DNA of 64,000 nt from the human T2T-CHM13v2.0 reference genome, Homo sapiens (GCA_009914755.4 CP068257.2:33664001-33728000); one strand, 5' to 3'; positions 24,557 to 37,439 are shown, numbered from the stretch's first letter. The notes: generated by a model from the letters alone, not told the origin. Numbers and translations are program-made.

Positions 24557-25888
24557 TCACTCTATAGAGTCTCTCCTTCTGACTTGGGCTTCTCACAGCA
24601 TGGAAGCCTCAGTCTGTGCATTCCTGAACTTCTCAGACAGCAATTTAGGACTCTAAGAGCAAGTTTTCCAAGACACTCAGGGAGAAGCTGCAAGGCTGTT
24701 GTAACCTTGCATGAGAACTACACTGTGTCACTTTTGACACCTTCTATTGGTCAAGCAAGTCACAGAGCCCACCCATACTTAAGGGTTGGGAACATAACAC
24801 TCTCATAGAAGACAGATTAGAAAATTTCTGGGCATCTTTAATCTGCCACAAGACTCATAAAGAAGACATAGGAATAAGTTCTCTCTTTTAAAACACATGG
24901 GTGTATTTTGTGAACCAGGGTTGCTTCATATATTTTTGTAGATTCATTCAATTAATTAATTAACAAAGAAAGAAATTAGGAGAAATATTTTTGGTGATGT
25001 AGTATGCCTGCTATTAACAGTTTACAGAGTTTATTTTTGTTTAAACATCCATCCTATAATATAGTTTTTATAAGTTTGAAATTGGGTGATATTATTAATT
25101 TGAAGACCAAACCAGCCAAAATTTGATTATGATCAAAATGAAATTAAAGGATGGATAAATAGTTATTCCCATCAAACTAGACTCCAAATATTTAATTAAA
25201 CTCCAAGGCTTTTAACCAAACATTTATTCCCTTAGACTCTTTTCATTTATTCTTACAAAAATCCTTGCATTTATAATTCATTTTCACTTTACTCAGCAAA
25301 TGTTCTTTTGTAATGAGTTGCTTGATATTCAAAAGACTTCTGAGTCTCTCAATTCTATTTCTGTCAAAATCAGGAAGTTGACTTTTGCCAAGAATAAATG
25401 AACTTGAATACAGAGTTTTAAATGTGGTTCAAAGGATGAAATCCTCAAATCTCAGGCCCATTCTGATGCTGGCAAGACCCTTTCTCCTGCTCAGACTATG
25501 AAATAATAATGATGCTTTTTAACAATTAAAGCTTTGGGTTCCCAAAAACCTGAATCTGTTGCTAAATTTCACTTAACAACAGGATCTTATTTTTATCTTT
25601 AGCAAATATCCTGGGACATGTATAAATACCAGGGACAAACTGCATTACAGATTTAAATTTGGGATGAAAAAATCAATATTTCAAAGTATGACAGGAACAG
25701 ATTCTATAAAATGAACACAAATCAGATACTGCATTGGCTAACTTCCAACAAAGAAAGGACACAAAAAATTGAGAAAGTGAAGTGAAATATTAAATCATAT
25801 AATAAAACTTTTCAGATATGATTTTGAAATCTTGGAGTCTTAATTTAAAACATAAGAGAAAAAAATCTAATTTAAAAATGTTAGTGTT

Positions 25889-26183
25889 GGCCGGGTGTGG
25901 TGGCTCACACCTGTAATCCCAGCACTTTAGGAGGCAGAGGCAGGCAGATCACCTGAAGTCAGGAGTTTGAGACCAGCCTGGCCAAAATGGTGAAACCCTG
26001 TCCCTACCAAAAGTACAAAAATTAGTCGGGCGTGGTGGTGTACACCTGTAGTCCCACGGGAGGCTGAGGCATAAGAATCACTTGAACCCAGGAGGTGAAG
26101 GTTGCAGTGAGCCATGATCACACCATTGCACTCCAGGCTGGGCAACAGAGTGAGACTCTGTCTCAAAAAAAAAAAAAAAAAAA
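25889..26183 (+). mobile_element. Alu element (AluS-like) with poly-A tail
   Basis: ggccgggtgtggtggctcacacctgtaatcccagcactttaggaggcagaggcaggcagatcacctgaagtcaggagtttgagaccagcctggccaaaatggtgaaaccctgtccctaccaaaagtacaaaaattagtcgggcgtggtggtg...ccattgcactccaggctgggcaacagagtgagactctgtctc + A19. Confidence 0.93.
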
Positions 26184-26756
26184 TAGTGCTCTTTTGTCAT
26201 TCAATTTTTTGAAATGAGTGACGTTAAATACCAAGTTGTAATTGTTTGGATGAACATATCTAGAACCTGTAATTGTAGCAGACCAAAAAATATATGAGTT
26301 ATTTGTGAGCATTAACCAAGCACCTCCTAGATGCCGGAAGATATTTTTCCAAAGTGGATTCTTATATCTTCCTCAGAAACTTTCAAATGGACTTCTTCAA
26401 TCTGATCCATTAATGCAATTACATTTTCATTTTCCCATTTTACTTAGTGCAAAGTCAAGTTCAAGGAAATTCAATTGTATAGCCAATTGTTAGATCTCCT
26501 TCAAATCAGGTCCAAACTAGCAACATATACATACACACATGCTTCAAATAATCACATTCTAGAATCATCATTTATCTAAATTACAGTGTGTGAATAATGA
26601 ATAGTTTAATTTGGCTTCAGAGGGTAGAAAATATTAGGGGCCAGAAACAGTAGGTTTGAGAAATATGTACATGGCTGTAAACCCAGTCATGCATTCTTCT
26701 CTTAGTTACTCCAGGCCTAGGACTGAAGACAAGCAAACAGAAAGAGAAGCAGTACT

Positions 26757-26815
26757 CATACGTGTGTGTTTGTGTGTGTGTGTGTGTCTGTGTGCGCGTG
26801 TGTGTGTGCACACGC
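26757..26815. repeat. (GT)n/(GTGC)n compound microsatellite
   Basis: tcatacgtgtgtgtttgtgtgtgtgtgtgtgtctgtgtgcgcgtgtgtgtgtgcacacgcac. ORF 26617..26859(-) is an artefact of this tract. Confidence 0.95.
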
Positions 26816-27149
26816 ACTATTCGTAATCCAGATAAGATCTTCCAGGTAAGCACAAGCAATTGAGATTCAGTTCATTTTATCATTGTTTATTCTTTTATTC
26901 AATATTAATGTCCGCCAAGTGCCAAAAATGGCATTAGAAATGTTTTTGGCAGAGACCACTGGTGCCCACTGAATATCCATAGCTCCTCCATATTTCCCAG
27001 TAGTTCCACCATTCCTTGAAGTGTCTGAGTTCTTCAAGGTCTGGCAAAAGAAAATGTGAGCACTTTTGTTCTGGGGCACTCAGTAGTCACTGTGCCTCCT
27101 CTGTCCTTAATTTCCCTGCCAGGGAGACTTGGAAATTCTCTATCTTTTC

Positions 27150-27745
27150 TATTGCTGTTATAACAAATTATCACCAGCTTACTGTCTTAAACAATGCAAA
27201 CGTATTATGTTACAGTTCTGGAGGTCAGAAGGTCAACATGGGACTCCCCCAGCTAAAATCAAAGTGGCAGCAGGGTTGTGCTCCTTCTGAAGGCCCTAAA
27301 GGAGAATCTATTTCCTCCATTGTTTTCAGCCTCTAGAGGACATCTGCTTTCCTTTGCTTGTGGCCCCTTCCTCCATCCTCAAAGCCGGTAATGGCAGATC
27401 AGGTACTTCTCACATTTCTTCTGTAGTCACTGTTCTCTCTGATGCATCTGGGAGAGGTTCTCTGTTTTCAAGGATTTATATAATAGGATTGGGCTCACCT
27501 GGATAATCCAGGCTGATTACCATCTCAATGTTTGTAAACGTAATCACATCTGCAATGTCCATTTTGCCATGTAAGGTAATATATGCACAGGCTCTGGGAA
27601 GGAAGTGTGGCCATCTTTCAGGACCCTTATTCTGCCTCCATAGAAGCCATATGGGAAGATGCTGGGATGCAAGATAAAGGGGGCCTGGATCTCTGAATCA
27701 CCACATGGAGAACAGCCATTATGCACCCATGTTCAACTCTGAACA
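27150..27745 (-). mobile_element. Solo ERVL-MaLR LTR (MLT1-like), near full length, minus orientation
   Basis: ctattgctgttataacaaattatcaccagcttactgtcttaaacaatgcaaacgtattatgttacagttctggaggtcagaaggtcaacatgggactcccccagctaaaatcaaagtggcagcagggttgtgctccttctgaaggccctaaaggagaatctatttcc...tttatataataggattgggctcacctggataatccaggctgattaccatctcaatgtttgtaaacgtaatcacatctgcaatgtccattttgccatgtaaggtaatatatgcacagg... This is the textbook MLT1 in reverse-complement view. ORFs 27016..27336 and 27544..27726 lie inside it. Confidence 0.8.
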
Positions 27746-28394
27746 ACAAGACGTAAACTTTTTTATAAATGTCCATGCTGTGAGATTTGGGGGTTATTCT
27801 GTGTGACAGCTACCATCAATCATTCTAACTACCATGGTGATGGTTAATAATTTGTTCAGGTTTGTTTTAGCTTTGTAGCAAAACTACAAGGCTAGACTAG
27901 CTGGACTTTCCATTCCAATAGATATAATTAATATGCATTTGCAGAAATAATGTCTCCCTTGCCTTTAAATCTCCAGCCATTAATAGAGAGCCTAAAACAA
28001 TACATTTTTGAATGGAATTGAATGAATGAATGGAAGCAAAAACAAGAAAACACATAACAATAACAATGAAAAATGTGGACAACTGAGACAGGTAGACCTA
28101 TTTTAAACAATTCTTTAAGTGAAGAGGATCATTTTGGTCAAAGGCTATTGTTCTTTCCTGGGCTGATACGAGGCCAGGATTTCTCTGGGAATCTTCCACT
28201 CCTACTCATCTCACGCTCAAGCTGGCCAGTCCACAGAAGGAGCTCCAGGGGAGCAGGATTTTGTGGTCCAGGCCTGTGGCCAAAGGTTGAGCCCTAAGAA
28301 AAATGGACCACTAAGGAGCACAGTGAGAGCAGTTTTTGTCATCCATCAGAAAACAGCATAGACTTTGGAAACAGTTCTGAGTACAAATCAGAGC

Positions 28395-28575
28395 TCAACA
28401 AATACTTAGCAGTGTGGTTATGGGCGAGTAACTCTGAGCCTCTGTTTACTCATCTATGAAACAAGATAATAAGCCTACCTTGCGATGGTGATGTGAGAAT
28501 TTCATGGAACATAACTAATATAGCACAGTTCCAGGCACAAAATGGGCTTTATTTGTATTATTCTGAGTCAATAGG
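28395..28575 (+). mobile_element. MIR (SINE) fragment
   Basis: cttagcagtgtggttatgggcgagtaactctgagcctctgtttactcatctatgaaacaagataataagcctaccttgcgatggtgatgtgagaatttcatggaacataactaatatagcacagttccaggcacaaaatgggctttatttgtattat matches the MIR core (..ctgtgtgaccttgggcaagttacttaacctctctgagcctcagtttcctcatctgtaaaatggggataataatagtacctacctcatagggttgttgtgaggattaaatgagataatgcatgtaaagcgcttagcacagtgcctggcacatagtaagcgctcaataaatg). Confidence 0.8.
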
Positions 28576-29384
28576 GAAATCCTGAGAGAAAAGCAAGAAT
28601 GGGTTTAGTTTATCCTTCTATCCTGATAAATTCACCTAAAGCTTTCTCTAGATCTGAAAGTTTGGAAGATGATTTTATTCAGGCAATATGTATTCTGATT
28701 ATGTTATTTTGTATCCTAGCAACCTAGCCAGACCTAGAAGAACTTCAAGATCGACACTTAATTGTAAAACTTTAGATGGAATAATCATGTAGATTTTTGT
28801 TTGTTTTAAAGCCGTGTATTAAAAAGAAAACCATTACCATCATGTATAAGGTGATGCAAGTACTTAATTAGCAGAATTTAGTAAAACATTATTTCTAAAG
28901 CTGAGATTAATGAGCTCTCAATGTATGGAAATAAGTTTTAAAAAATAATCAATGAGAATTGTTAGGTTTTATTTATCTTCTAATAGTTTACTGCACATAT
29001 TCTCAGGTCCTGTTAGGAGAAACTAAAATATTCACTGTCTCATTTGGAAAGAAATAAACCATGTAAAAAGAAGCCAGCAAAATCCTTTTATATGTAACAT
29101 GAAGATTCGAAGAGGCTATAAATATTAATTTCAAACCAAGATCACTCAAATAGGAGGGCCCTCAAAGTGATATTGCAAATAATTTCAAGTTATGCAATAG
29201 CTCAAATGGACAAAGAACAGGAATAATTTACTATTTGCCATATGCAATGGACAGGCTGAGCGAAACAGCATTAGGCAGACAAAACCCATTCAACTATGTC
29301 AACTTAGATTTATCCGAAGGAGTCCAATGACCTGCTCAGATTGTTAATGACCATGAGAGCATACTTTCTAAAAAAAAACTTTGT

Positions 29385-29545
29385 ATTTTAGAATAATTTT
29401 GATTTATAGAAAAGTTGCAAAGATAATACATAGTTTCCTATACCCTTACCCACTTTCTTCTATTGTTAATATCTTACATAACTGTGGTACGTTTGTTACA
29501 ACTAAGTATGCAGCATTGGTAATTTCTATGAACTGAGTCCTACCT
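29385..29545 (+). mobile_element. Ancient interspersed repeat fragment (family ttttagaatagttttagatttacagaaaagttgcaaagatagtacagag.., probably an old L1M-type 3' end)
   Basis: ttgtattttagaataattttgatttatagaaaagttgcaaagataatacatagtttcctatacccttacccactttcttctattgttaatatcttacataactgtggtacgtttgttacaactaag. A related copy lies at 33195-33480 (..gttcacagcaaaattgaggggaggggacagagattttccatatactccctaccc..). The family name is not recalled with confidence. Confidence 0.45.
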
Positions 29546-30884
29546 TTTATTTGGATTTAATTAGTTTTCTTCCTGACATCCTCTTTCTGTTCCAGGATGC
29601 CATCCCACATTCCATTTGGTCATCATTGCTCCTTAGTCTCCTCTGGTCTGTTACTTTTCTAAGACATTCCTTGCTGTTCATGACCTTGACAGTTTTGAGA
29701 AGTACCACACTAAAGTGTTTTGTAAAAACCCCTCCATTTGCGTTGCCTCGTGCTTTTCTCATGACTAGCTGGGGGTTATGGGTCTTGGGAAAGAATGTCA
29801 CAGAGAGGAAGTGCCCTTCTCATCACACCATATCTGGGGCACATGGTATCAACACGGCTTATCACTGATGTTGTCAATCTTGATCACCTGGCCAAGGTAA
29901 GTTTTTCCAGGTTTCTCCACTTTAAAGGTAGAGCAGCAGTGACTTTTCTCCATCTTTCCATATTGACTTTTTAGAAGCAAGTCACTAAGCCCAGCCCACA
30001 CTCAAAGGGGCAGGGAGAAGATCTGACTCCACCTCCTGGAAATAGAGACATCTATTCACAACTCTTCTGTAAGGGAGATTCCCCGTTTCCCATTTGTGTA
30101 TTTATTTATTCAATTATTTGTTTATATCAACATAGACTCATAATTTATATCAGTATGGATCATGGAAATGTATGCTTTGGGTTACAGTCCAATTCTATGT
30201 TATTTATTTTCTTGCTGAAATTGCTCCAGCTTTGGCCACGGAGAGTTTGTTCAGGTTGGCTCCTATGCCCTTTTCTGTGTCCTCAACCTTTTGTTTTTCT
30301 AGCACTTCCTTACTTTCTGTAATTAGAAATTACTCCAGGAGCATCTTGAATTTTTCCTGTCCCAGTCCTAGAATCTATCATGTTTTCATCTATTTTTAAG
30401 AATGAAAGAAAATTATTCCCTTTAACCTAAAAATGGGCAAATTCACAGATATCTCAAAATATCACTTGTGTTTAGATTTGTTAGAGATCAATGAAGTGGC
30501 TATTTTGAGGAGCACTTTTCTGAAGAGGCATTATCTCTCCTAATGGAGCTAATGATATCAGGTATTATAAGAGTCATTAAAATTTAGAATCTGGTTGGAT
30601 GATTGATCCGTTTTTGCAACTCCGAATATTTTAGTGACAAACTTCTAGCCAAAACATCTGCATTTATATGTAGGTGAAATTAGGTATTCTCCTGCCAAAC
30701 TGAAGAATAGGTCTCAGCTGGGATAGCTCCTACCAGAGAGAAATTTGCATTGTCTTGAATGAAAGGGGTTTCAGTTGAAATATTAGTTGGGTTATGCCTG
30801 TAAGGGTGTTTCAGGATGAGATTAGCATTTGACTCAGTGGACTCAGTAAAGTCAATTGCCCTCCTCAATACAAGTGAGCATCAT

Positions 30885-31310
30885 TCAATCTGTTTAGGAA
30901 CTGAAAACAACAATCACTTATTGAGTCACAGTTCTGTATGTTGGCAATCTGGGCGGGCCTCCCCTGGGAGGTTCTTCTGCTGGTCTCTCCTGGGCTCAGC
31001 CATGTGATCATCCAATGCCAGGGAGACGGAAGGAGTAACTTGTGTTGATAGCTTTACAGTTTGTGTTTCCAGTCTGTTATAAGAACTGACCATACCTTGT
31101 TCCTAGGATTCTCGAAATGCATCTGTATACTTCCAACTATATTGCCTGAATCTTTGATAATTCAAGTGAGTTTCTGTTCCTTTAGACAAAACAATGACCA
31201 AGAAAAGTTTCTTTAAGATTCTATTTTAATGTCTGTATTAATTAGAATATGTATTATCTGTCCTTCTAATAACAAAATTCGACATCCCGGTGATTTAAAA
31301 TAATAAAAAC
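30885..31310 (+). repeat. Segment A+B of a complex local duplication (A = 30885-31003, B = 31017-31310)
   Basis: A: ..tgtttaggaactgaaaacaacaatcacttattgagtcacagttctgtatgttggcaatctgggcgggcctcccctgggaggttcttctgctggtctctcctgggctcagc. B: gccagggagacggaaggagtaacttgtgttgatagctttacagtttgtg...ttcgacatcccggtgatttaaaataataaaaa. A is repeated directly at 31366-31480. B is repeated inverted at 32188-32482. Confidence 0.85.
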
Positions 31311-31335
31311 ACAATTGCTGCTCATCCAGCAGAGG

Positions 31336-31490
31336 TGGCATTGGACGCTGTCTCCCTGGCATTACCCAATCTGTTAATGGAATGAAAACAGCAATCAGTT
31401 ATTGATTCACAGTTCTGTCTGTTGGCAATCTGAGCGGGCCTCCACTGGAAGGTTCTTCTGCTGGTCTCTCCTGGGCTCAGCGGCGTGACA
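31336..31490 (+). repeat. Direct copy A' of segment A, preceded by a roughly 20-bp inverted scrap of the start of B
   Basis: ggcattggacgctgtctccctggcatt (an inverted copy of ..aatgccagggagacgg..) followed by ..ctgttaatggaatgaaaacagcaatcagttattgattcacagttctgtctgttggcaatctgagcgggcctccactggaaggttcttctgctggtctctcctgggctcagc. Confidence 0.8.
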
Positions 31491-31689
31491 GCAGTCAGCT
31501 GGTAGGTGAGTGGAGTGCAGCAGCCTGGTCTTGCCTCACGCACATGTCTGCTGCTGTGTTCCGACTGTCAGTGAGGCCCTCCCTCCACATGGTCTCTCAT
31601 ACTCAAGGAGGCCAGCCTGGGCTTCTTGCCCCCAGTATATATTTAACTTTTGAGTTTTGTGCTTTCAGGGTCAATGTTTTTCATCTCTG

Positions 31690-31870
31690 GATTCAGACCA
31701 CAAGTCACATACAGGCTTGTGCTTTCGGACAAGTAACTTAACTGCTCTAAACCTTTGCTATGATAATAAAAGGAGAACAGATACAAACCGCATAATGCGA
31801 TACCTGGCAAGTGGAAAGTCTCAAAAACCATCAGCTACTACAATGAGTATTGTTGTTGTTGTTATTTTTA
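31690..31870 (+). mobile_element. Possible diverged MIR fragment inside the spacer of the inverted duplication
   Basis: ..ggcttgtgctttcggacaagtaacttaactgctctaaacctttgctatgataataaaaggagaacagatacaaaccgcataatgcgatacctggcaagtggaaag.. is loosely like MIR (..gggcaagttacttaacctctctgagcctcagtttcctcatctgtaaaatggggataataatagtacc..). Confidence 0.3.
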
Positions 31871-32187
31871 GTATTATTATTAAATCTAACACATCCCTTC
31901 CCTGCCACGAGGTTAGGTGTGATCATGTGACTGACTTCTGGCTGAAGGAATGTGAGAAGAAATGACACAAACCATTTGTAGGCCTGACCCAGGAAAACTT
32001 CTCTGTGATCCTCTCCACACTTTTTCTCCTTCTTGGTCTGCCAGCTGGATGACACAAAAAATCTAAAGAGAACTTGGGGACCCTAAGGAATCAGGAGCCA
32101 CAAATTGGAAAGGTCCCGAGTCTTTGTGCGTACCTGTGAAAGGCCAGTCACTGAGCATCCACATCTAGTGCATGAGCTGGAATTATA

Positions 32188-32482
32188 TTTTTATTATTTT
32201 AAATCACTGAGATGTCGAGAGTTTTGTTATTTGAGGGACAAATAGTATGTATCCTAATTAATACAGACATTAAAATGGAATCTTAAAGAAATTTTCTTGG
32301 TCATTTTTTTTTTCTAAAGAAACAAACTCACTTGAATTATCAAAGATTTGGGCAATATAGTTGGAAGTATACAGATGTATCTCAAGAATCCTAGGAACAA
32401 GGTACAGTCAGTTTTCATGACAGACAGGAACCACAAACTGTAAAGCTATCAACATAAGTTACTCCTTCCGTCTCCCTGGCAG
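32188..32482 (-). repeat. Inverted copy B' of segment B (the right arm of a roughly 295-bp inverted repeat with a roughly 880-bp spacer)
   Basis: The reverse complement of 32188-32482 reads ccatatactgccagggagacggaaggagtaacttatgttgatagctttacagtttgtggttcctgtctgtcatgaaaactgactgtaccttgttcctaggattcttgagatacatctgtatacttccaactatattgcc...ctcgacatctcagtgatttaaaataataaaaat. This is about 88-90% identical to 31017-31310. Confidence 0.85.
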
Positions 32483-32701
32483 TATATGGAGGCTTATTTC
32501 TGGTTTTCTGCGTGCTCTTTATTTCTTTCTTTCTGCCTACAGATTGGCTTTCTTTGCTTCTCAGGTTGCCCTAGAGACCCTCTCAGAGATGATTGGCTCA
32601 AGCTGAGCCAAAATGTACTCCCTGGTCGAACCAGCTGTGACTAAAGGGCAGAGCCACCTTGCACAACAGTCAGTTCCCACAGAAAGAAGGGGACCCCCCT
32701 T

Positions 32702-33071
<370 letters not shown>

Positions 33072-33194
33072 TCAGTGAGACCAACACTTCCCATTTTACT
33101 TTGTAAGTAGTCCTTGGTTTTTACAACTTGCCCATCAATTGATTAAAAAAAAAATTTAGTGGAAGAGTCTTCCCTTTACTTGTCTATTATAATT

Positions 33195-33480
33195 AAAACT
33201 ATATTGTATTTTTTAAAATAGATTTTATGTTTTTAAGAATAGTATTAGGTTCACAGCAAAATTGAGGGGAGGGGACAGAGATTTTCCATATACTCCCTAC
33301 CCTGCAATGTGCATAACATTCCACTTTATCAATATCCCCTACCGAAGTGGTGCATTTGTTACAACTGATGAATCTAACTTGACATATTATTATCACCCAA
33401 AGTTCATAGTTTACACAACGGTGCACCCTTGATATCCCTTGGAATTGTATCTAAATTATTAAGATGTTATATTCTAGGCT
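33195..33480 (+). mobile_element. Ancient interspersed repeat (same family as 29385-29545, probably an old L1M-type 3' region)
   Basis: ..tttatgtttttaagaatagtattaggttcacagcaaaattgaggggaggggacagagattttccatatactccctaccctgcaatgtgcataacattccactttatcaatatcccctaccgaagtggtgcatttgttacaactgatgaatctaacttgacatattattatcacccaaagttcatagtttacacaacggtgcaccc... Confidence 0.45.
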
Positions 33481-34029
33481 GTTGAAGCAACATGTATCAC
33501 TATATCATCCATCAACAAATTTTAGTTTTGTGATGTTGAACTTCACTCGGATACAAGGTGGAATGTTTTGTTAAAATACTTGAAATCTCCTACTGGCCTT
33601 GACGTTTAGATAAGAACAATTTGTCAGAAACCTATCTCATTATTTCCAGGTAGCAGGATTCATGCAGAGTGTTTGCAACACACTGATGCTGTCTTAATGC
33701 TGAACAATGCTATGTTTTAAGCTTTGGAAAGTGGATATCTCCTGGGTTTACTCTCGAGCTCCCTGTTGGAATGATTTTATACTTCAGCTCTCAGTGGGAA
33801 TCTGCCTCCAACTCCCCAGCTGGATTGCTTTGCTACATTAGGGGCCAATCAGCAGAAGCTGTTTATCTCTCAGAAGAGTATGAGCTGTTGTTTCCCAACA
33901 CACTTAGTGCTCCCTTTTCAGAGACATAAACTGTCATTTTCAGTAAGTAATTTCTATTGAATCACTGGTGCCAGATAACTGAGGATGATAACAAGAGTGA
34001 GATGGTTGCCATGAAAAATTGCTAATATA

Positions 34030-34345
34030 AAATGTGACGGCCCTTCTCAGCAAACTAACACGGGGACAGAAAACCAAACACCACATGTTCTCACTCATAA
34101 GTGTGAGTTGAACAATGAGAACACATGGACATAGGGAGGGGAACATCACACACTGGAGCCTGTCAGAGGGCGGGTGGCAAGGGGAGGGAGACCATTAGGA
34201 CAAATACCTAATGCACGCGGGGCTTAAAACCCAGAAGATGGGTTGATCGGTGCAGCAAACCACCATGGCACACGTATACCTGTGTAACAAAGCTGCACGT
34301 TCTGCACATGTATCCCAGAACTTAAAGTACAATTTTTAAAAAATG
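34030..34345 (+). mobile_element. L1 3' UTR and terminus (L1PA/L1PB-like), roughly 310-bp fragment
   Basis: ..aaccaaacaccacatgttctcactcataagtgtgagttgaacaatgagaacacatggacatagggaggggaacatcacacactggagcctgtcagagggcgggtggcaaggggagggagaccattaggacaaatacctaatgcacgcggggcttaaaacccagaagatgggttgatcggtgcagcaaaccaccatggcacacgtatacctgtgtaacaaagctgcacgttctgcacatgtatcccagaacttaaagtacaatttttaaaaaatg is the canonical L1 3' end. Confidence 0.92.
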
Positions 34346-35049
34346 TGATGGTCCGTCCTTAGCTTGCACAAGCAAGGATGACAGAAATGACACCAGAGAG
34401 AGGGAAGCACCACAAACTGATTAGGTAGAGTAATTCCAGGGGTCTTTTTCCAGAGATACCTCCCTGTTACTGAGCAAGGGACAAGGATTGGGGAAGGAAA
34501 GGTGACATTGTTGAAAAAATACACAAAGATGGCATCTCTTAAAAAGGACTGAGGTTTCTGCCTTCCCTTAGATTGGAGCTGTGAATATGTGAGGCAGATT
34601 TGAAATGGAATCAGGTAATTAAGACATATCCAGGGCGGGGAGAGCTTTCAGAAAGTCTGAAGTGCTGGCCAAGACTGAGGCTCAGGGAAAGTCAGAGCCA
34701 TAGAAACCGGCCACAAGCTGCAGAGACTCATAAGATATCTGGACCCAAATGGCTCAACCAACCATGGAGCAGATGGAGGACAGTCAGAAGAGCAGGAGGT
34801 TCAGGAAATCTCAGCTACCGTATTTCCATTTATCAGTTGTCTATTGTGTGTTATTTGCCATTTTTGACTTCTTTTCTGATTACTTTGTGGTAGAGAGTTC
34901 TGAAGAGTGAGAGGCCCAGGCCATGCCTTTCACATTCTTCAGAGGGTCTCAGGGTGCCCATAAGTGCAAGCTTGCCAGAAAACTAGCAAGAGCACCCATT
35001 TGCAGCACTTACCAAGGAGAGGCACTTTAGTAAGGGCTACACATCTCCA

Positions 35050-35200
35050 CCAGAGTCCAGGAATAAACTATTATCATCATTACATTACAAATAAGGAAAC
35101 CAAGGCTCACAGAAGCTATGGTACTTGGGAAAACTGGGACATGAATCTTGTTCTCTATAACTTCAGAGCCCACCTCTAACCACAGAAATCTGCTTCTCTC
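35050..35200 (-). mobile_element. MIR fragment (minus orientation)
   Basis: ctattatcatcattacattacaaataaggaaaccaaggctcacagaagctatggtacttgggaaaactgggacatgaatcttgttctctataacttcagagcccacctct resembles the reverse-complement MIR (tattatccccattttacagatgaggaaactgaggcacagagaggttaagtaacttgcccaaggtcacacagctagtaagtggcagagctgggatttgaacccagg). Confidence 0.6.
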
Positions 35201-37439
35201 TAGCTGTATGGGATAATCAAGGAAGGTATACTCAACTTTTATTGCATGAAGAGTTCTGATGTGCATAAAGAGCTCTGATGTGGTCCAAGAATCAACAGCT
35301 GTGTATTTCTTGCTTCTTTGTTCTGGCTTCAGACACTTTGTGGAGGAGCTGACTTTGGTTGGAATGGTTGGGTCAGATAAATTATTTCAGGGCTAAGCAG
35401 AGTTCTCAGAGATGCACAGCCATGGGGCATTACAGCAGCAGCATCACAGCCATAGTTAGGAGAATGAGGATCAGAGCCTGGTGAAGCTCATGTATGAACT
35501 TCTGGGAGCCTCAAGTTTTGGGTGCATCTCAGAAATGAAAATGGTCAGCAGAGTGCAAATGCAGAAGCAGTAGGCAGGACTGGGGTTGTCCCAGGCTTCA
35601 CAGCAAGGACCCTCCTGCTCCCATGGTGCTGAGCTTCGGATGCGGTTAGGAGGAAGCACTTACTGCACAATGTGGGGGAAGGCATGACGGCTTGAAAGAA
35701 GCAAAGACATCAGGAAGAACTGCACTGTTCCAGTGCCTTTGGGATGCTATTTTTCAAAAGAAGCTGGTTCCTGCCACCCACCCCCGACATTTTGAAATTC
35801 AGCAGAACCATCACTGTTGGCAAACATTTGCTGCTGACTCTCTGAAAGGCTATGTTGTTATCTTATCAACCCGGCTGACTCAGAGAACCATGCGTCAAGG
35901 AGGGGCGAGAGTCTAGTAGATTAGATGCAATCTGGGGTATTCCCCAGTCTGGGGTTATGATTCTAGGATGGCATGATGCCTGTTGATGTAGCCTACTGCC
36001 TGGCCTTGTTTTGGGAGCCCCTGCTCCCCAAACTCACTTTGGCTGCCATTATCCAAGACTACAGGTGACCATTTTACCTCAGAGTCTTCCTCTTCCTGGG
36101 AGTATCCCTGTGGTCCTCTGCCTCCTTGGCCTCTCTGTGCAGTGTTCTTGGTGTCTAGTCACTTAATGCCACAGACTGTACAGAAGACCTCTGTGTGCAC
36201 CTTTGAAGTCATCTAGACCATTCCCATCCCATTCTTCCTTCAGTCACTGGAGTTTATGGACAATGCATTGTTACAGAAAACCCATTCTTGATGTCTTTGG
36301 AGTCCATGGGTTTTAAGAAGCAAATTCTAGCAGGGCTAAGAGCCTGCAAGGGTAATTAATAGATGACTAGAAGTCAGTCAATTAGCAGATCTCATTAGAA
36401 CGTGGTCTTTTTAAGTCATCAATTGTCTCACCCAGCCACCACCGATGTGGAAGTTCAGCCGACACCTGCAGACCACTCAGCACATCACAGAGCACAACTG
36501 CCAGGGGGGGCTTGTCCATTGGATTTGGGCTGCCTGGCCTTTGTGTGTCACCCAGTAGAAGTGAGGCCCACCCACGCCATAAGAGTTGCTGAGCCGAGTG
36601 AGAACTGCCTCATGGGGACACTCCTACTCTTGGCCAGACATCCCAAGCACTCCTAAAGTAGAAGTGATGATGCTATGGAAGTGAGAGCATAAGGCAACTG
36701 GGCTTCTGCAGGAATACACGGCGGTTCAAACTCACCATGTTACAGTTGGGAACTTGCTCAGGGCATAAGCCCACCTATGCCAGCTAGAGGCAGGCACCAT
36801 TACCCTATGCAGGGCTAAGCAGAAGAAGCATGGGGTTTAAGTTTAAGCCTCGAGCAGACAGGACTCCCACTGACCCTTGGTTCCTACATCATACACATTA
36901 TGTTTCCAATGGGGAACTCAGGAGGAGCAAGGTAATGGTGCCCTGTGGGCGAGGCTGTACAAGGGACATTCTAGGGCAGAGGTAGGATGGCTGCAAGCTG
37001 GGGAGCAGCAGGGCTACAGTGCCAGTGAGATCCAGCAGGGCTCCAGGAAAGGTCACTGGGTCTTGTCTATGTTGGGACACGCAGTGGCAGGCTTTGGCAG
37101 CTGTGAACATCAGCAGTTAGTGCCAACAGGGCATCCTGTGATCAATTAGGATAAGGATATGTTCAAGGAGTCAAGAGGACCCAGAGAAGAAAAGGGTACC
37201 TGTATCCAGATATGAGGACCCCATTCCACCTCTGCCCTAATGACAACATAGGCCACCCGCTGTGTCTAGATGCTATCTTGAAAAGTAGAACTTGGCTGGC
37301 CAGGGGGTATGGGGTAAAAGGGAAGGTATTAGAAAAAAAAAAAAGTTAAAAAACCTTGAAAAAAATTGACATTTTCCCAAAAGAGGTGACATTAATCCAA
37401 AGTAAGACTATGTTTTAAATGATGTACATTATTAGGCAG

